A stretch of DNA of 64,000 nt from Spirochaetota bacterium. GTDB taxonomy: Bacteria > Spirochaetota > Spirochaetia > Treponematales > Treponemataceae. Shown here in pieces: positions 53,897 to 62,862 of this stretch. The notes below the pieces were generated by a model that was given only the letters and a program-made list of their open reading frames with translations, did not search any database and had not been told where the DNA came from. The stretch is taken from the NCBI GenBank assembly GCA_023398165.1, contig JAEWSQ010000018.1, positions 4,581 to 68,580 of the forward strand. The letters run 5' to 3'. The position numbers were made by a program, and so were the translations under genes. Position 1 is the first letter of the stretch. Each line of letters starts with the position of its first letter.

Positions 53897-55249
53897 ATGA
53901 AAACGGTACAGATAATTAATGCAAAAGACATTAATCCCTCATTTTTCCTGGCACGGACACTGGGCAGCGATGTTCATGCGGCAGTCTCCTCTATTCTGGA
54001 TGAAGTTAAAAATCACGGAGACGAAGCTCTAAAAAAGTTCTCATATCAGTTTGACAGAGCTTCTCCTGAATATTTGGAAATTGATAGAAGTGAAATAGAA
54101 CTTTGCGCGGCTCAGTTTAAAAAAGATAAACCGGAATTGTACAGCGCTCTTGAATACTCTTTTTCCCTTGCACTGAAATTTGCAAAAAAACAGAGAGAGT
54201 GTTTTACCAATTTTGAAATAGAACTTCAGGAGGGGGTTTTTACCGGGCAGAAAACAATTCCCGTTGAACGCACCGGGCTCTATGTTCCTGCAGGACGATT
54301 CCCTCTTGTCTCCTCGGTAATAATGTGCGCAAGTCCTGCAAAGGCGGCAGGATGTTCAGAAATAATTCTCTGTACTCCTCCCCGGCTGCATCCCGGCGAC
54401 GTTAAAGAAGGTAAAACTAAAGAAAGCACCGGCTTAAGACCCTGGGCGGACGAGGGGATTTTAACAACAGCATTAATTTGCGGAATTGATAGAATTTTTG
54501 CTCTCGGCGGGGCACAGGCAATTGGAGCGATGGCTTATGGTACTGAAACTATACCGCGCTGCGATGTCGTTGCAGGACCGGGAAATAAATTTGTAACAGA
54601 AGCAAAAAAAATAATTTACGGAACAACAGGAATTGATTTTCTTGCAGGGCCCTCAGAAGTTTTCATACTTGCAGACGACAGCGCCGATCCCTCATGGGTT
54701 GCAGCTGATATGCTTGCACAGGCGGAGCACGATCCCGATGCACAGGCAGTTCTTGCAACACCATCCCTGCTTCTTGCAGAAAGAGTACAGAAAGAGCTTT
54801 CTTCCCAAATACAAAAACTTTCCTCACAAGAAAATGCAAAGGCAAGTCTTGAAAAAAACGGACTCATAATCATTACACAAAACCTCGAGGAGGCTCTCGA
54901 TATAGCAGACAGAAAAGCGCCTGAACATCTCGAATTCGCACTCGAAGATACGGAGCAGAGGGCGAGGCTTGTACAAAAAGCCCGCAACTACGGTTCACTT
55001 TTTATTGGACATGAGACTGCAGAAGTTTTCGGCGATTACTGTGCAGGCTTGAATCACACACTGCCCACATCAGGAACCGCCCGTTTTACAGGGGGGCTTT
55101 CTGTACGGCATTTCCTTAAGACAGTTACAACCCTGCGCTCAGAAAATAAAGACGCAATTCAAAAAACCGCGCGTAACGCCTCAATAATAGGATTAAGTGA
55201 AGGTCTTGAGGCCCACGCAAAGGCGGCGGAAATTCGCCTTAACCAATGA
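53897..55249 (+). CDS. hisD: Histidinol dehydrogenase
   Basis: About 450 aa with a HisD-like sequence (AGPSEVFILADDSADPSWVAADMLAQAEHDPDA, GDYCAGLNHTLPT). The ATG at 53897 is 7 nt after GGAGG. The ATG at 53891 abuts the RBS. Confidence 0.92.
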   Translation: MKTVQIINAKDINPSFFLARTLGSDVHAAVSSILDEVKNHGDEALKKFSYQFDRASPEYLEIDRSEIELCAAQFKKDKPELYSALEYSFSLALKFAKKQRECFTNFEIELQEGVFTGQKTIPVERTGLYVPAGRFPLVSSVIMCASPAKAAGCSEIILCTPPRLHPGDVKEGKTKESTGLRPWADEGILTTALICGIDRIFALGGAQAIGAMAYGTETIPRCDVVAGPGNKFVTEAKKIIYGTTGIDFLAGPSEVFILADDSADPSWVAADMLAQAEHDPDAQAVLATPSLLLAERVQKELSSQIQKLSSQENAKASLEKNGLIIITQNLEEALDIADRKAPEHLEFALEDTEQRARLVQKARNYGSLFIGHETAEVFGDYCAGLNHTLPTSGTARFTGGLSVRHFLKTVTTLRSENKDAIQKTARNASIIGLSEGLEAHAKAAEIRLNQ

Positions 55250-55275
55250 GCCCTCAAATCTTTCAATGCAGGAAA

Positions 55276-56175
55276 TTATAAAAGTTTAACTCTTTCCTTC
55301 TCCACAGCGTCATGAAGTTCATCGAAGATCTCCATTACACGGTCAACAACAACCTGCTTTTTGTCGCCTTCATAATCATCAAGACCCGCAAGAATATCAT
55401 TACGGAATTTTTTACATTCCATTACCGGACTTCCGGAAAGAATCATTACATCCTCTTGAACAGTATCGTTAAGCATATCTTTGGGATTATCTTCAGAAAT
55501 ACGCAGACAATTACCGTTGATCGAAACAAGAATCATAACATCAGAAAGGCGTAAATACGAGTCAATTTCACGAACGCCTTTTTTTGTCTCAGGCATTCCC
55601 GGTCTGTATCTAGTTCCCGATGGAAATACCAATACAGCCTGTCCTCTTTTTCGTGCGGCGTCCAAGGCTCTCATAGATGCCATATTAATCTTTTTACTCT
55701 TAGCTTCTTCGGCTTCATAAAGTACCGGATCGGTGATTGAGGCCAAACTGCGGCTCGGATAAATAACAATACGTGAATATCCTTCAGCCCATGCACGCAC
55801 CATATCATTGTCTTCATTGAGCTTCATGCCTGCAATTGCAACAATGCGGCCGGCAAGATCTTTTCCCATTTCCCCGCCGTCACGGCGCAGCAGGAAGCTC
55901 AAAGCAGGAAGATCCAGGTTGCTATAATGCTCCATAAGAATAAGACCCCGTTTCCCCTCTTTTATCTGATCTAAAAATTTTTGGAAATTATCAAGCCCTT
56001 TTAAGCAGGAACCTGGTAAAAAATTATCGGTAAGCATACCATCCATAAAAGGCAGAATATCCTTATTTGCTTCCTGATATACATTTTCCTCGTTTATTTT
56101 TGTAGGTGCTTTTGCAACCTTACTCAATGCACCGAATAAATGACCATATCTCCCTTTTAATGTACAAGGTTCCAT
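55276..56175 (-). CDS. Glycerolipid acyltransferase (PlsC/GPAT-like family)
   Basis: HxxxxD motif (MEHYSNLD) and FPSGTR motif. ATG at 56175 with AGGAG 5 nt upstream. The track start is 56238. Confidence 0.7.
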   Translation of the reverse strand: MEPCTLKGRYGHLFGALSKVAKAPTKINEENVYQEANKDILPFMDGMLTDNFLPGSCLKGLDNFQKFLDQIKEGKRGLILMEHYSNLDLPALSFLLRRDGGEMGKDLAGRIVAIAGMKLNEDNDMVRAWAEGYSRIVIYPSRSLASITDPVLYEAEEAKSKKINMASMRALDAARKRGQAVLVFPSGTRYRPGMPETKKGVREIDSYLRLSDVMILVSINGNCLRISEDNPKDMLNDTVQEDVMILSGSPVMECKKFRNDILAGLDDYEGDKKQVVVDRVMEIFDELHDAVEKERVKLL

Positions 56176-56245
56176 AAAAACTCCTAGATTAATATTATCT
56201 TTAAACATAGTAAGGATAATTAACGTTGTCAATAGCATTTAAACC

Positions 56246-57634
56246 CTATATTGTAAGGTTTCTTACCCAGACTTCTCTCCTGAGCCAAAGGGCTGCAATA
56301 ATAATTTTTATATAATCCACGATCTTGATTACTGCATACATAACGACCGGTCCTAATTGAGTTAAAAAAGTCATTATAAACATGCCGGGAATAACAAATA
56401 CAATATTTGTTATGACATCGACAAGCACTCCCATAGTAGTGTCTCCGCCGGTTCTCGAAACAGCAAACTGCGCATTAACATAACACCAGGCGGGCATATA
56501 TGCTGCCATAACAAAGACCATGTTCCGGGTAACAATTCTTGCATCATTACTCAGATTCCCAAAAACCACAGGAATGAGGAAAACTGATGCACAGCCTAGA
56601 ATCCCTGCAAATATTCCGAAAATACCCGCACCATTTATCATCCAGTTTTTTTGAGCCCGTGCCTCATCAAGCCGGTTTGCACCGAGAGTACTGCCCATTA
56701 TTACACCGGTTGCCGTATGAATTCCGTTAAAGCAAATAAAGAAAAGATTTGCTATCGAGAAACTTGCAGCCATACCGGAAACTATCTCTGCGCCGCCCCT
56801 TGTATTATACAATGCGACTGTCACGGTTTCTGAAAATACCCAAATCATTTCAGAAATCAAAATTACTCCTGATTTTCCAAGAATAGTAAAAAACAAAGAG
56901 ATCCTTACTTTCAGCAAATCAAGAAAGCGCGAAAAAAACGGAGGCTTAGTTGCGTATATATATACGATGAACAAAACCATTTCAACAGCACGGGCAATGA
57001 TTGTTGCAATAGCAGCCCCCTGTACTTCAAGACGGGGAGAACCTAAATTTCCATAAATAAAAACCCAGTTAAAAAAAGTATTCACAAAGGTTGCTATAAT
57101 AGACATGACAAGAGGCGCTTTAACATTTCCAATTTCCCGTAACGATGAACCGATAGCCAAAGATACAGCCATGGGAATCCACGAAAAAGAGGCAGCCTTC
57201 ATGTATGAAACACCCTGCTCAATTATATCACCGCTTTGGCTGTTTCCTTTCACCATGAGACTTAAGATCTGATTCGGAAGAACAAGAGAAATAGTCATAT
57301 ACAATGATGCGGCAAGCACACAAACAATAATTTTAAACCTGAAAGCCTGCTGCATTCCGGAAGAATCTTTGGCCCCGTTATATTGAGCCATAAAAATTCC
57401 GCCTGAGACCGCTATGGTATTAACAAAAACCATAAACATAAAATTAATCTGACCGGCAATGTTTACACCGGACATCTTCACATCACCGAGGCCTGCAACC
57501 ATAAAATTATCGATGAGAGAAACAAGGTTTTGTACGAGAAGCTGCGCCATGACAGGAAGTGCAATAGCAAGCGCCTTTTTGTAAAACAAGATAGAGCCAA
57601 GACGGGAAGGCTTAACAGAAGTAACGGAATTCAT
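56246..57634 (-). CDS. MATE-family efflux transporter
   Basis: 12-TM profile and a typical MATE N-terminus (ILFYKKALAIALPVMAQLLVQNLVSLIDNFMVAGLG). The probable start is MNSVTS at 57634. Confidence 0.88.
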   Translation of the reverse strand: MNSVTSVKPSRLGSILFYKKALAIALPVMAQLLVQNLVSLIDNFMVAGLGDVKMSGVNIAGQINFMFMVFVNTIAVSGGIFMAQYNGAKDSSGMQQAFRFKIIVCVLAASLYMTISLVLPNQILSLMVKGNSQSGDIIEQGVSYMKAASFSWIPMAVSLAIGSSLREIGNVKAPLVMSIIATFVNTFFNWVFIYGNLGSPRLEVQGAAIATIIARAVEMVLFIVYIYATKPPFFSRFLDLLKVRISLFFTILGKSGVILISEMIWVFSETVTVALYNTRGGAEIVSGMAASFSIANLFFICFNGIHTATGVIMGSTLGANRLDEARAQKNWMINGAGIFGIFAGILGCASVFLIPVVFGNLSNDARIVTRNMVFVMAAYMPAWCYVNAQFAVSRTGGDTTMGVLVDVITNIVFVIPGMFIMTFLTQLGPVVMYAVIKIVDYIKIIIAALWLRREVWVRNLTI

Positions 57635-57712
57635 GAGATTAAAAATACTCTTTAAGAGAATTATAATCAAGCCGGTATAATGAAACAGAACAGCAGCTGC
57701 TTACACTGATAA

Positions 57713-57741
57713 TTGAAAATATCTAGTATAACTGGTACTAT
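57713..57741 (+). promoter_or_regulatory. Sigma70-like promoter ending 5 nt before the HAD hydrolase ATG (leaderless candidate)
   Basis: TTGAAA (57713-57718), 17 nt spacer, TACTAT (57736-57741), then TCGCT, then ATG at 57747. No SD. Confidence 0.45.
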
Positions 57742-57746
57742 TCGCT

Positions 57747-58391
57747 ATGATTTCTTATTTACTTTTCGACTTGGATAATACCCTTTATCCGTCAACCTCA
57801 CAAATAGACAGCGGAATAACAACGCGGATGATACAATTTATTGCAGATTTTTTACACATAAGTTATGACGAAGCGGAAAATCTGCGAAAAAAAGAACTGC
57901 CTAACTATGGGACAACCCTTGAATGGCTTCGCAGTGCGGAAAAACTGACAGATACCGACGCATACTTCAACAGCGTGCATCCCGAGAGCGAATTGAATGA
58001 ACTGCCCCGCCTGCCTCAGCTTCGGGAACTTCTGCTGTCATTCAAAAAACCAATGAGCCTTCTTACCAATTCCCCGTTAAGACATGCAAAGAGAGTTTTG
58101 GAATTCTATAATATTCAAGATTTATTCCTTCACGTATTTGATATAGAAAAAAACAAAATGCGCGGTAAGCCATACCCCGACTCGTATACATCGGCACTTG
58201 AAATATCAGGATTTACTATTGATAAAACACTATTTATTGATGACCATTTAAAATACATCAGGGGCTACAGTGATTTAGGCGGCAAGGCGGTACTTATAGA
58301 TGATAAAAATCACTATACCCCCGAACAGATAGCAAAAGCTTCGCCGTTTGCTGTCATAAAGAGACTCGAAGATCTTCATGCGCTCTTATAA
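57747..58391 (+). CDS. HAD-superfamily hydrolase (pyrimidine 5'-nucleotidase-like)
   Basis: Motif I LFDLDNTLY starts at residue 6. Motif II is LLTNS and motif IV is FIDD. Confidence 0.85.
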   Translation: MISYLLFDLDNTLYPSTSQIDSGITTRMIQFIADFLHISYDEAENLRKKELPNYGTTLEWLRSAEKLTDTDAYFNSVHPESELNELPRLPQLRELLLSFKKPMSLLTNSPLRHAKRVLEFYNIQDLFLHVFDIEKNKMRGKPYPDSYTSALEISGFTIDKTLFIDDHLKYIRGYSDLGGKAVLIDDKNHYTPEQIAKASPFAVIKRLEDLHALL

Positions 58392-58414
58392 ACGCCGCTG
58401 TAAGCATAATTTAC

Positions 58415-58444
58415 TTGATTTTTTATCTCATTTTCCTTTATACT
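58415..58444 (+). promoter_or_regulatory. Sigma70-like promoter for tRNA-Ala
   Basis: TTGATT (58415-58420), 18 nt spacer, TATACT (58439-58444). The tRNA 5' end is 12 nt downstream. Confidence 0.5.
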
Positions 58445-58455
58445 AAGAATGCCTT

Positions 58456-58528
58456 GGGGAATTAGCTCATCTGGTAGAGCGATTGGTTCGCAATCAATAG
58501 GTGGTGGGTTCGAGTCCCATATTCTCCA
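58456..58528 (+). tRNA. tRNA-Ala (anticodon CGC)
   Basis: 73-nt cloverleaf: GGGGAAT TA GCTC ATCTGGTA GAGC G ATTGG TTCGCAA TCAAT AGGTG GTGGG TTCGAGT CCCAT ATTCTCC A. The G3:U70 alanine identity pair is present. No encoded CCA. Confidence 0.92.
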
Positions 58529-58579
58529 TAAAGTATTCACAGATTACCCCGATCTCTAAGATAATGTAATTACTACTAA

Positions 58580-58601
58580 CTGGGACTCGAACCCACTCCG
58601 C
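58580..58601. repeat. 22-nt reverse-complement tRNA T-arm-like element, copy A
   Basis: CTGGGACTCGAACCCACTCCGC is the reverse complement of GCGGAGTGGGTTCGAGTCCCAG. It matches copy B (58870-58891) at 21 of 22 positions. Confidence 0.9.
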
Positions 58602-58647
58602 ATGGATGCGGAAACACAACCACAGAACGAAGTTGAAGAGTTCGTTC

Positions 58648-58685
58648 TACGCATTTTTTTTCCATGGAAGGAAAAAAAATGCGTA
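58648..58685. repeat. Perfect 16-bp palindromic stem with a 6-nt loop
   Basis: TACGCATTTTTTTTCC (58648-58663), loop ATGGAA, GGAAAAAAAATGCGTA (58670-58685). An 8-bp hairpin (AGAACGAA/TTCGTTCT, 58624-58648) lies immediately before it. Confidence 0.95.
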
Positions 58686-58686
58686 T

Positions 58687-58705
58687 GTCCCATATTCTCC
58701 ATAAA
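58687..58705 (+). repeat. 19-nt perfect direct repeat of the tRNA-Ala 3' end plus 4 flanking nt (att-like)
   Basis: GTCCCATATTCTCCATAAA occurs at 58514-58532 (the last 15 nt of the tRNA plus TAAA) and again at 58687-58705. Confidence 0.95.
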
Positions 58706-58869
58706 CTAGGGGAGGTACGTGCTCCCGTAGACCCTCAGCATATGGGGTTCATAAAACAACATCGCCGCTGCGACATCTCGCGGCTCATCCTTGCAGCGCT
58801 TTAAATATTTCATTAAGTTATTTGTTTATTTACTATTGCTTATCTGCTTCGTAGGAAATTTATAATAAG

Positions 58870-58891
58870 CTGGAACTCGAACCCACTCCGC
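58870..58891. repeat. 22-nt reverse-complement tRNA T-arm-like element, copy B
   Basis: CTGGAACTCGAACCCACTCCGC, 290 bp downstream of copy A and in the same orientation. Confidence 0.9.
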
Positions 58892-58954
58892 TGAATTAAG
58901 ACAAATCTTTTTTTGATTCATACCTTTTTAATTTTTTTGCTGTATAATATTAAT

Positions 58955-60205
58955 GTGAAGCGACTACTTATCATCTTACTTTTTATACTTCTCATCATGC
59001 CGTTCTGTTTTAGCCAGGCATTTTCCTCACAGAGCGACATATTAACCAATTTTGAAGCCCGCCCTTTTTTTGTTTCCACTGAATCGGGATGGGATTTCTT
59101 TGCTGTCCCCGATCTTTTTGTGGGACATAGACTAGGCTGGGCTGCCGCCCCTCATTTTTATGTAAACGGCGGTTTTTACTGGGCATTTTTTCCGACAAAG
59201 AACATAACCAGGGCAGCATCTGCAGATATAAGACTTGTATGGACCGTATATGACGGCGAAAGCATGATTATTCAGCCGTTTTTATATACATCAGCCAACT
59301 TCGGATCAGTTTTTTATGAATCAGCATATAATACAAAATGCGGTACCGGTTATGAGGTAAACCCGCGGGCCGATTCAATGATCTCTGTTCAAAACGGATT
59401 CTTTTATTATCTACACCCTGCAAATTCAAAACGCTTTGCCCTAACGGGCAAGGTTCAATCAGGATATTCTTTTGCTTCGAGTCTGTATGTGACAGAAGTA
59501 CGTATTAAGTACGGCTACAGTTCAATCTTCTCATGCGACACCCACATTAATATGTTTGCCGTCTTAACAGATTTTTTATCTCTTGAGCTTCAGAATAAAT
59601 TTTCCTACAATGAAAAAAAAGGATTAACATATTCAATAAGTCCAATGATTTACTTATTTAGAAATACGCCATTTATTCTAAGCATCGGAGGACAAATACC
59701 GCTTGAAGATGCTGATTACTGGAGTGTGAGCGCCAGTATTGCATATTCGCCCCCAGCTGAAGAGAAAAAAACTGAAACCCCTAAGGAAATACCGTCATAT
59801 ATGGAGGATCAGCATTCACGGAATCTTACTTCTTTTTTCATCTACGAACAGGACAGCTCAGAATTATTTCCGGATAATGAAGAATACAGCACCCGCAATA
59901 AAGCTGCATTGGAAGAAGTTTTGGCATTTATCCGTGAAAGCGAAGAATATATAATTCATCTTGAAGGACATGCAAACAGGGCAGATTTTACCAAGGGGTA
60001 TACAGAAGAACAGGAAAAAGAATTAATGCCTCTTTCAATAGATCGAGTTAATAAAGCTAAACAGGCTCTTATTGACAACGGAATTGATGAAAACCTCATT
60101 ACAACTGAGGCTTCGGGGGCAGAAAAACCCGTTGTCCCCTTTTTAGACGCTAATAATTCATGGAAGAACAGAAGAGTTGAAATAACAGTTACACGATTAA
60201 AATAA
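58955..60205 (+). CDS. OmpA-family protein (N-terminal beta-rich domain plus C-terminal OmpA/peptidoglycan-binding domain)
   Basis: From the GTG at 58955 the N-terminus is a classical signal peptide, (M)KRLLIILLFILLIMPFCFSQA. The C-terminus has OmpA_C hallmarks (HLEGHAN...LSIDRVNKAKQALIDNGI...NRRVEITV). The track start is TTG at 58913. Confidence 0.82.
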   Translation: MKRLLIILLFILLIMPFCFSQAFSSQSDILTNFEARPFFVSTESGWDFFAVPDLFVGHRLGWAAAPHFYVNGGFYWAFFPTKNITRAASADIRLVWTVYDGESMIIQPFLYTSANFGSVFYESAYNTKCGTGYEVNPRADSMISVQNGFFYYLHPANSKRFALTGKVQSGYSFASSLYVTEVRIKYGYSSIFSCDTHINMFAVLTDFLSLELQNKFSYNEKKGLTYSISPMIYLFRNTPFILSIGGQIPLEDADYWSVSASIAYSPPAEEKKTETPKEIPSYMEDQHSRNLTSFFIYEQDSSELFPDNEEYSTRNKAALEEVLAFIRESEEYIIHLEGHANRADFTKGYTEEQEKELMPLSIDRVNKAKQALIDNGIDENLITTEASGAEKPVVPFLDANNSWKNRRVEITVTRLK

Positions 60206-61699
60206 TTAAACGATCGAATCCAGCGCCCGGACAACTGACTGGTCATAAAGACCCGGATTCTTTTTCAATTCAGAAATAGCGGCTTCCTTGTCAAATATTC
60301 CGCGGTAGTTTCTTCGTGAAATAAGGGAAATAAAACTTTCCACGACACGGATAATCCTTGCAATAAGAGGTATATTTTCACCCTTAGTACCTTCGGGATA
60401 TCCGGTGCCGTCCATATTCTCATGATGCATCAGTGCAGCATCCAGAAACACCTTCTTATATTTATCAGGTATAAAACTCAGTTCTGCAGCTCCGTGTTTT
60501 ACATGCCCGCGGATAATATACTTTTCCTGTTCACTCAACTTGTCCTTTAAGAAAATCTGGGGATCAACAGAAAGAAAACCGGCATCATACACCATGGATG
60601 CGCAGAAATAAAGCATGGAATCATATGAAGTACACTGCATTTCGTGAGCAAGTTTAAAAACCATCTCGGCAACATTTTTTGAATTATTTTTACGTCCGGT
60701 AACCTTATCAATCTGTTCACCCAGAGTCTCGCATTGAAGAGCTAAATCCTTGAGCTCATGCTGTTCCTCATCGGTCATTTCAGGCTTCGGAAGCACACCG
60801 GATATCTTAGAAGAACCGGCAGACTTCATCCCGTCCTGATCATAAAGATCCGTGAACTGGCCGAGACTCAAACGCTCAGCCGGCGATCTTGACATCTGAG
60901 AAACAAGCTGAAGTGTTGCTTCAAACTGTTCCTGCTGCTTTTTACTGTTCCTTGCAGTAACTCTAACGACAATAATAACAATCAGGAAAATAATTAAAAC
61001 GAAACCGAGAATTACTGAACCTGCAATAATGAAAAACTTCCTCGTTGTCTCATCCCGTTTCGAATTTTCAGCAAGTGCAGTTTCATAGAGTTCCTGCTGA
61101 GATTTCAACAGTTCCTGCTCTCTCGTCAACCGTTCGGTCTTTTCTTTTTCATTTTGTTCTTTGGCTTCTGCAAGAGCTTTTTCTAAAGCCTCAAGTTCCG
61201 CCTTTGTTTTAGCCAGCTGAACCTGATACTGAACCGAATCCTGTGAAACATAGCCCGGGCTGGTTACTGTTGTCTGAGTACCGCCTTGTGCCGTCGTTGT
61301 AGTCGCGACTTGTGCAGGAGCAGGTCCCCAAAGGCTGTTCTGTGTTTCCTGGGCATTAATGGTTCGAACAAGTCTGGTTACGCGGTCGGATGAAAGTGTC
61401 GGATATTCACTCAGTTTATTTTTAACTTTTTGGAACGAAGCAGTATCGTTTTTATCACGGATTTGAATAAGATAGTCATAATAAATGGTCTCTGCCAGTA
61501 TCTCGACATTTTTGGGCATCGTTTCAGGAGTGTACTGCCCGAATACGTAATTAATGTAATCAAAAGCTTTTGCATAATCTTGTTGAGAATAACTTGCATT
61601 TGCAGCATTCAAATACCGCTCAACAAGTGTATTTTGTGCACACAACAAAGTGCACAAAAGAATCAAGAGAGAAACGGCAAACACTCTTTTCTTAATCAT
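60206..61699 (-). CDS. Membrane-bound HD-GYP domain protein (putative c-di-GMP phosphodiesterase) with a periplasmic helical/coiled-coil sensor region
   Basis: Signal peptide MIKKRVFAVSLLILLCTLLCAQ, periplasmic helical region, Lys/Glu-rich coiled coil, one TM helix, then an HD...HHENMDGTGYPEG motif. The ATG at 61699 overlaps the upstream stop (ATGATTAA). Confidence 0.85.
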   Translation of the reverse strand: MIKKRVFAVSLLILLCTLLCAQNTLVERYLNAANASYSQQDYAKAFDYINYVFGQYTPETMPKNVEILAETIYYDYLIQIRDKNDTASFQKVKNKLSEYPTLSSDRVTRLVRTINAQETQNSLWGPAPAQVATTTTAQGGTQTTVTSPGYVSQDSVQYQVQLAKTKAELEALEKALAEAKEQNEKEKTERLTREQELLKSQQELYETALAENSKRDETTRKFFIIAGSVILGFVLIIFLIVIIVVRVTARNSKKQQEQFEATLQLVSQMSRSPAERLSLGQFTDLYDQDGMKSAGSSKISGVLPKPEMTDEEQHELKDLALQCETLGEQIDKVTGRKNNSKNVAEMVFKLAHEMQCTSYDSMLYFCASMVYDAGFLSVDPQIFLKDKLSEQEKYIIRGHVKHGAAELSFIPDKYKKVFLDAALMHHENMDGTGYPEGTKGENIPLIARIIRVVESFISLISRRNYRGIFDKEAAISELKKNPGLYDQSVVRALDSIV

Positions 61700-62795
61700 T
61701 GTTCCAAACTCCAACACTGATGACAAATTTGATCTGATTGTGCATTCCAAGGGCTGTTATACCAATTATGTCTCTTACCCCTAAATTCAGACCTACATCC
61801 ACAGTATCTAAATCGGCAAGAGGAAGGTAAAAGTTTACATTTGCATCAGCTGCAAAGTAGAATTTTTCATGAAAAAGATGTCCTAAATAGTAGTCAAAAG
61901 CTCCGTCAAAGAAAAAAGCACCAAAGCGCCAGTCTCTAAACCCCACGCCTATAACCGGGGAGGAAAATGAAGGAGGCAGGAAGCTGTTAACAGGAGTACT
62001 CATGTAAAGTCCGGCGAATCCCAGGCGATAATACATATTTTTCAGAATTTTCGGAAGAGAAAAAGAAGGAACGGTTTTAATTGAAAAAACAAGATTAGGC
62101 TGAGAAGGGAAAGAGACAAGAGCAGTATCGAAAAAAACATCTATTCCGGCATACACATCCTCGCTCCTGTAAAAAACGTTACCGGCGAGAGAAAGACCAT
62201 ACCGGAAAGATACGGACAGAGGATCGGTCATACCGGAAATATCAGCAAGACCAAGATCCACACCCCAGGTAACCGGAAGATAATACGTATCGTATTCCTG
62301 ATCCAAATACACCGTCTCGCCTGAAACCGAATTTGTTATAGTCTTATATTCTTTTTGAATTTTTTCTTTATCTTTCGTCGTTACGGCGGTTTCCTTCATT
62401 TTCTCAATTTGAACTTTTTCATTTTCGGCTTTGATTTTTTCATCCCTTGCAACAACCGCACGTTCTATCGACGTGTACAATGCAACAGCTTCAAAATTAT
62501 CAAGATTATTATCAATTACCGTGAGACACAAAGCAAGGGCAAAATCAAGATCGTTGGCAATAAGAGCATCACGCGAACGCATAAGAACAAAGGATTCAAG
62601 TTTGGCATACTCAGTATACCGTTTGTTATTACCAAGGTATGTACGGACACCGTTAGTATTTTTATCAGCAATAAAAGCTGTAATTTGGTTATAATGCTCC
62701 TGAAGGGTTATTGTCTGTGCAGAGAGTACGGAACATGCCGCTATAATAAAAAGCATCAATCCTGCAATTAAAATCTTATTGTTACCTGAACGCAT
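61692..62795 (-). CDS. Secreted protein of unknown function: N-terminal helical region plus coiled coil and a C-terminal beta-rich (barrel-like) half
   Basis: The signal peptide MRSGNNKILIAGLMLFIIAACSVLSAQ starts from the ATG at 62795 (the track start is 62828). The C-terminal half has alternating hydrophobic beta-strand patterns rich in Gly, Tyr and Phe. Confidence 0.65.
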   Translation of the reverse strand: MRSGNNKILIAGLMLFIIAACSVLSAQTITLQEHYNQITAFIADKNTNGVRTYLGNNKRYTEYAKLESFVLMRSRDALIANDLDFALALCLTVIDNNLDNFEAVALYTSIERAVVARDEKIKAENEKVQIEKMKETAVTTKDKEKIQKEYKTITNSVSGETVYLDQEYDTYYLPVTWGVDLGLADISGMTDPLSVSFRYGLSLAGNVFYRSEDVYAGIDVFFDTALVSFPSQPNLVFSIKTVPSFSLPKILKNMYYRLGFAGLYMSTPVNSFLPPSFSSPVIGVGFRDWRFGAFFFDGAFDYYLGHLFHEKFYFAADANVNFYLPLADLDTVDVGLNLGVRDIIGITALGMHNQIKFVISVGVWNND

Positions 62796-62862
62796 AGTAC
62801 CCACTTCTATTACTCCTATAATCTCCATTATATACTAAATTTATGAATTTGTATATTAAAGA

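Noticed and set aside
58575-58665. A possible complete minus-strand tRNA or tmRNA around the reversed T-arm-like 22-mer.
   Set aside because: No D-arm or matching 7-bp acceptor stem can be formed (TTAGTAG has no 5' partner). The T-stem would have a G-G mismatch at 49:65. No tmRNA-like 5' end or tag reading frame is visible. I treat it as a tRNA-derived fragment.
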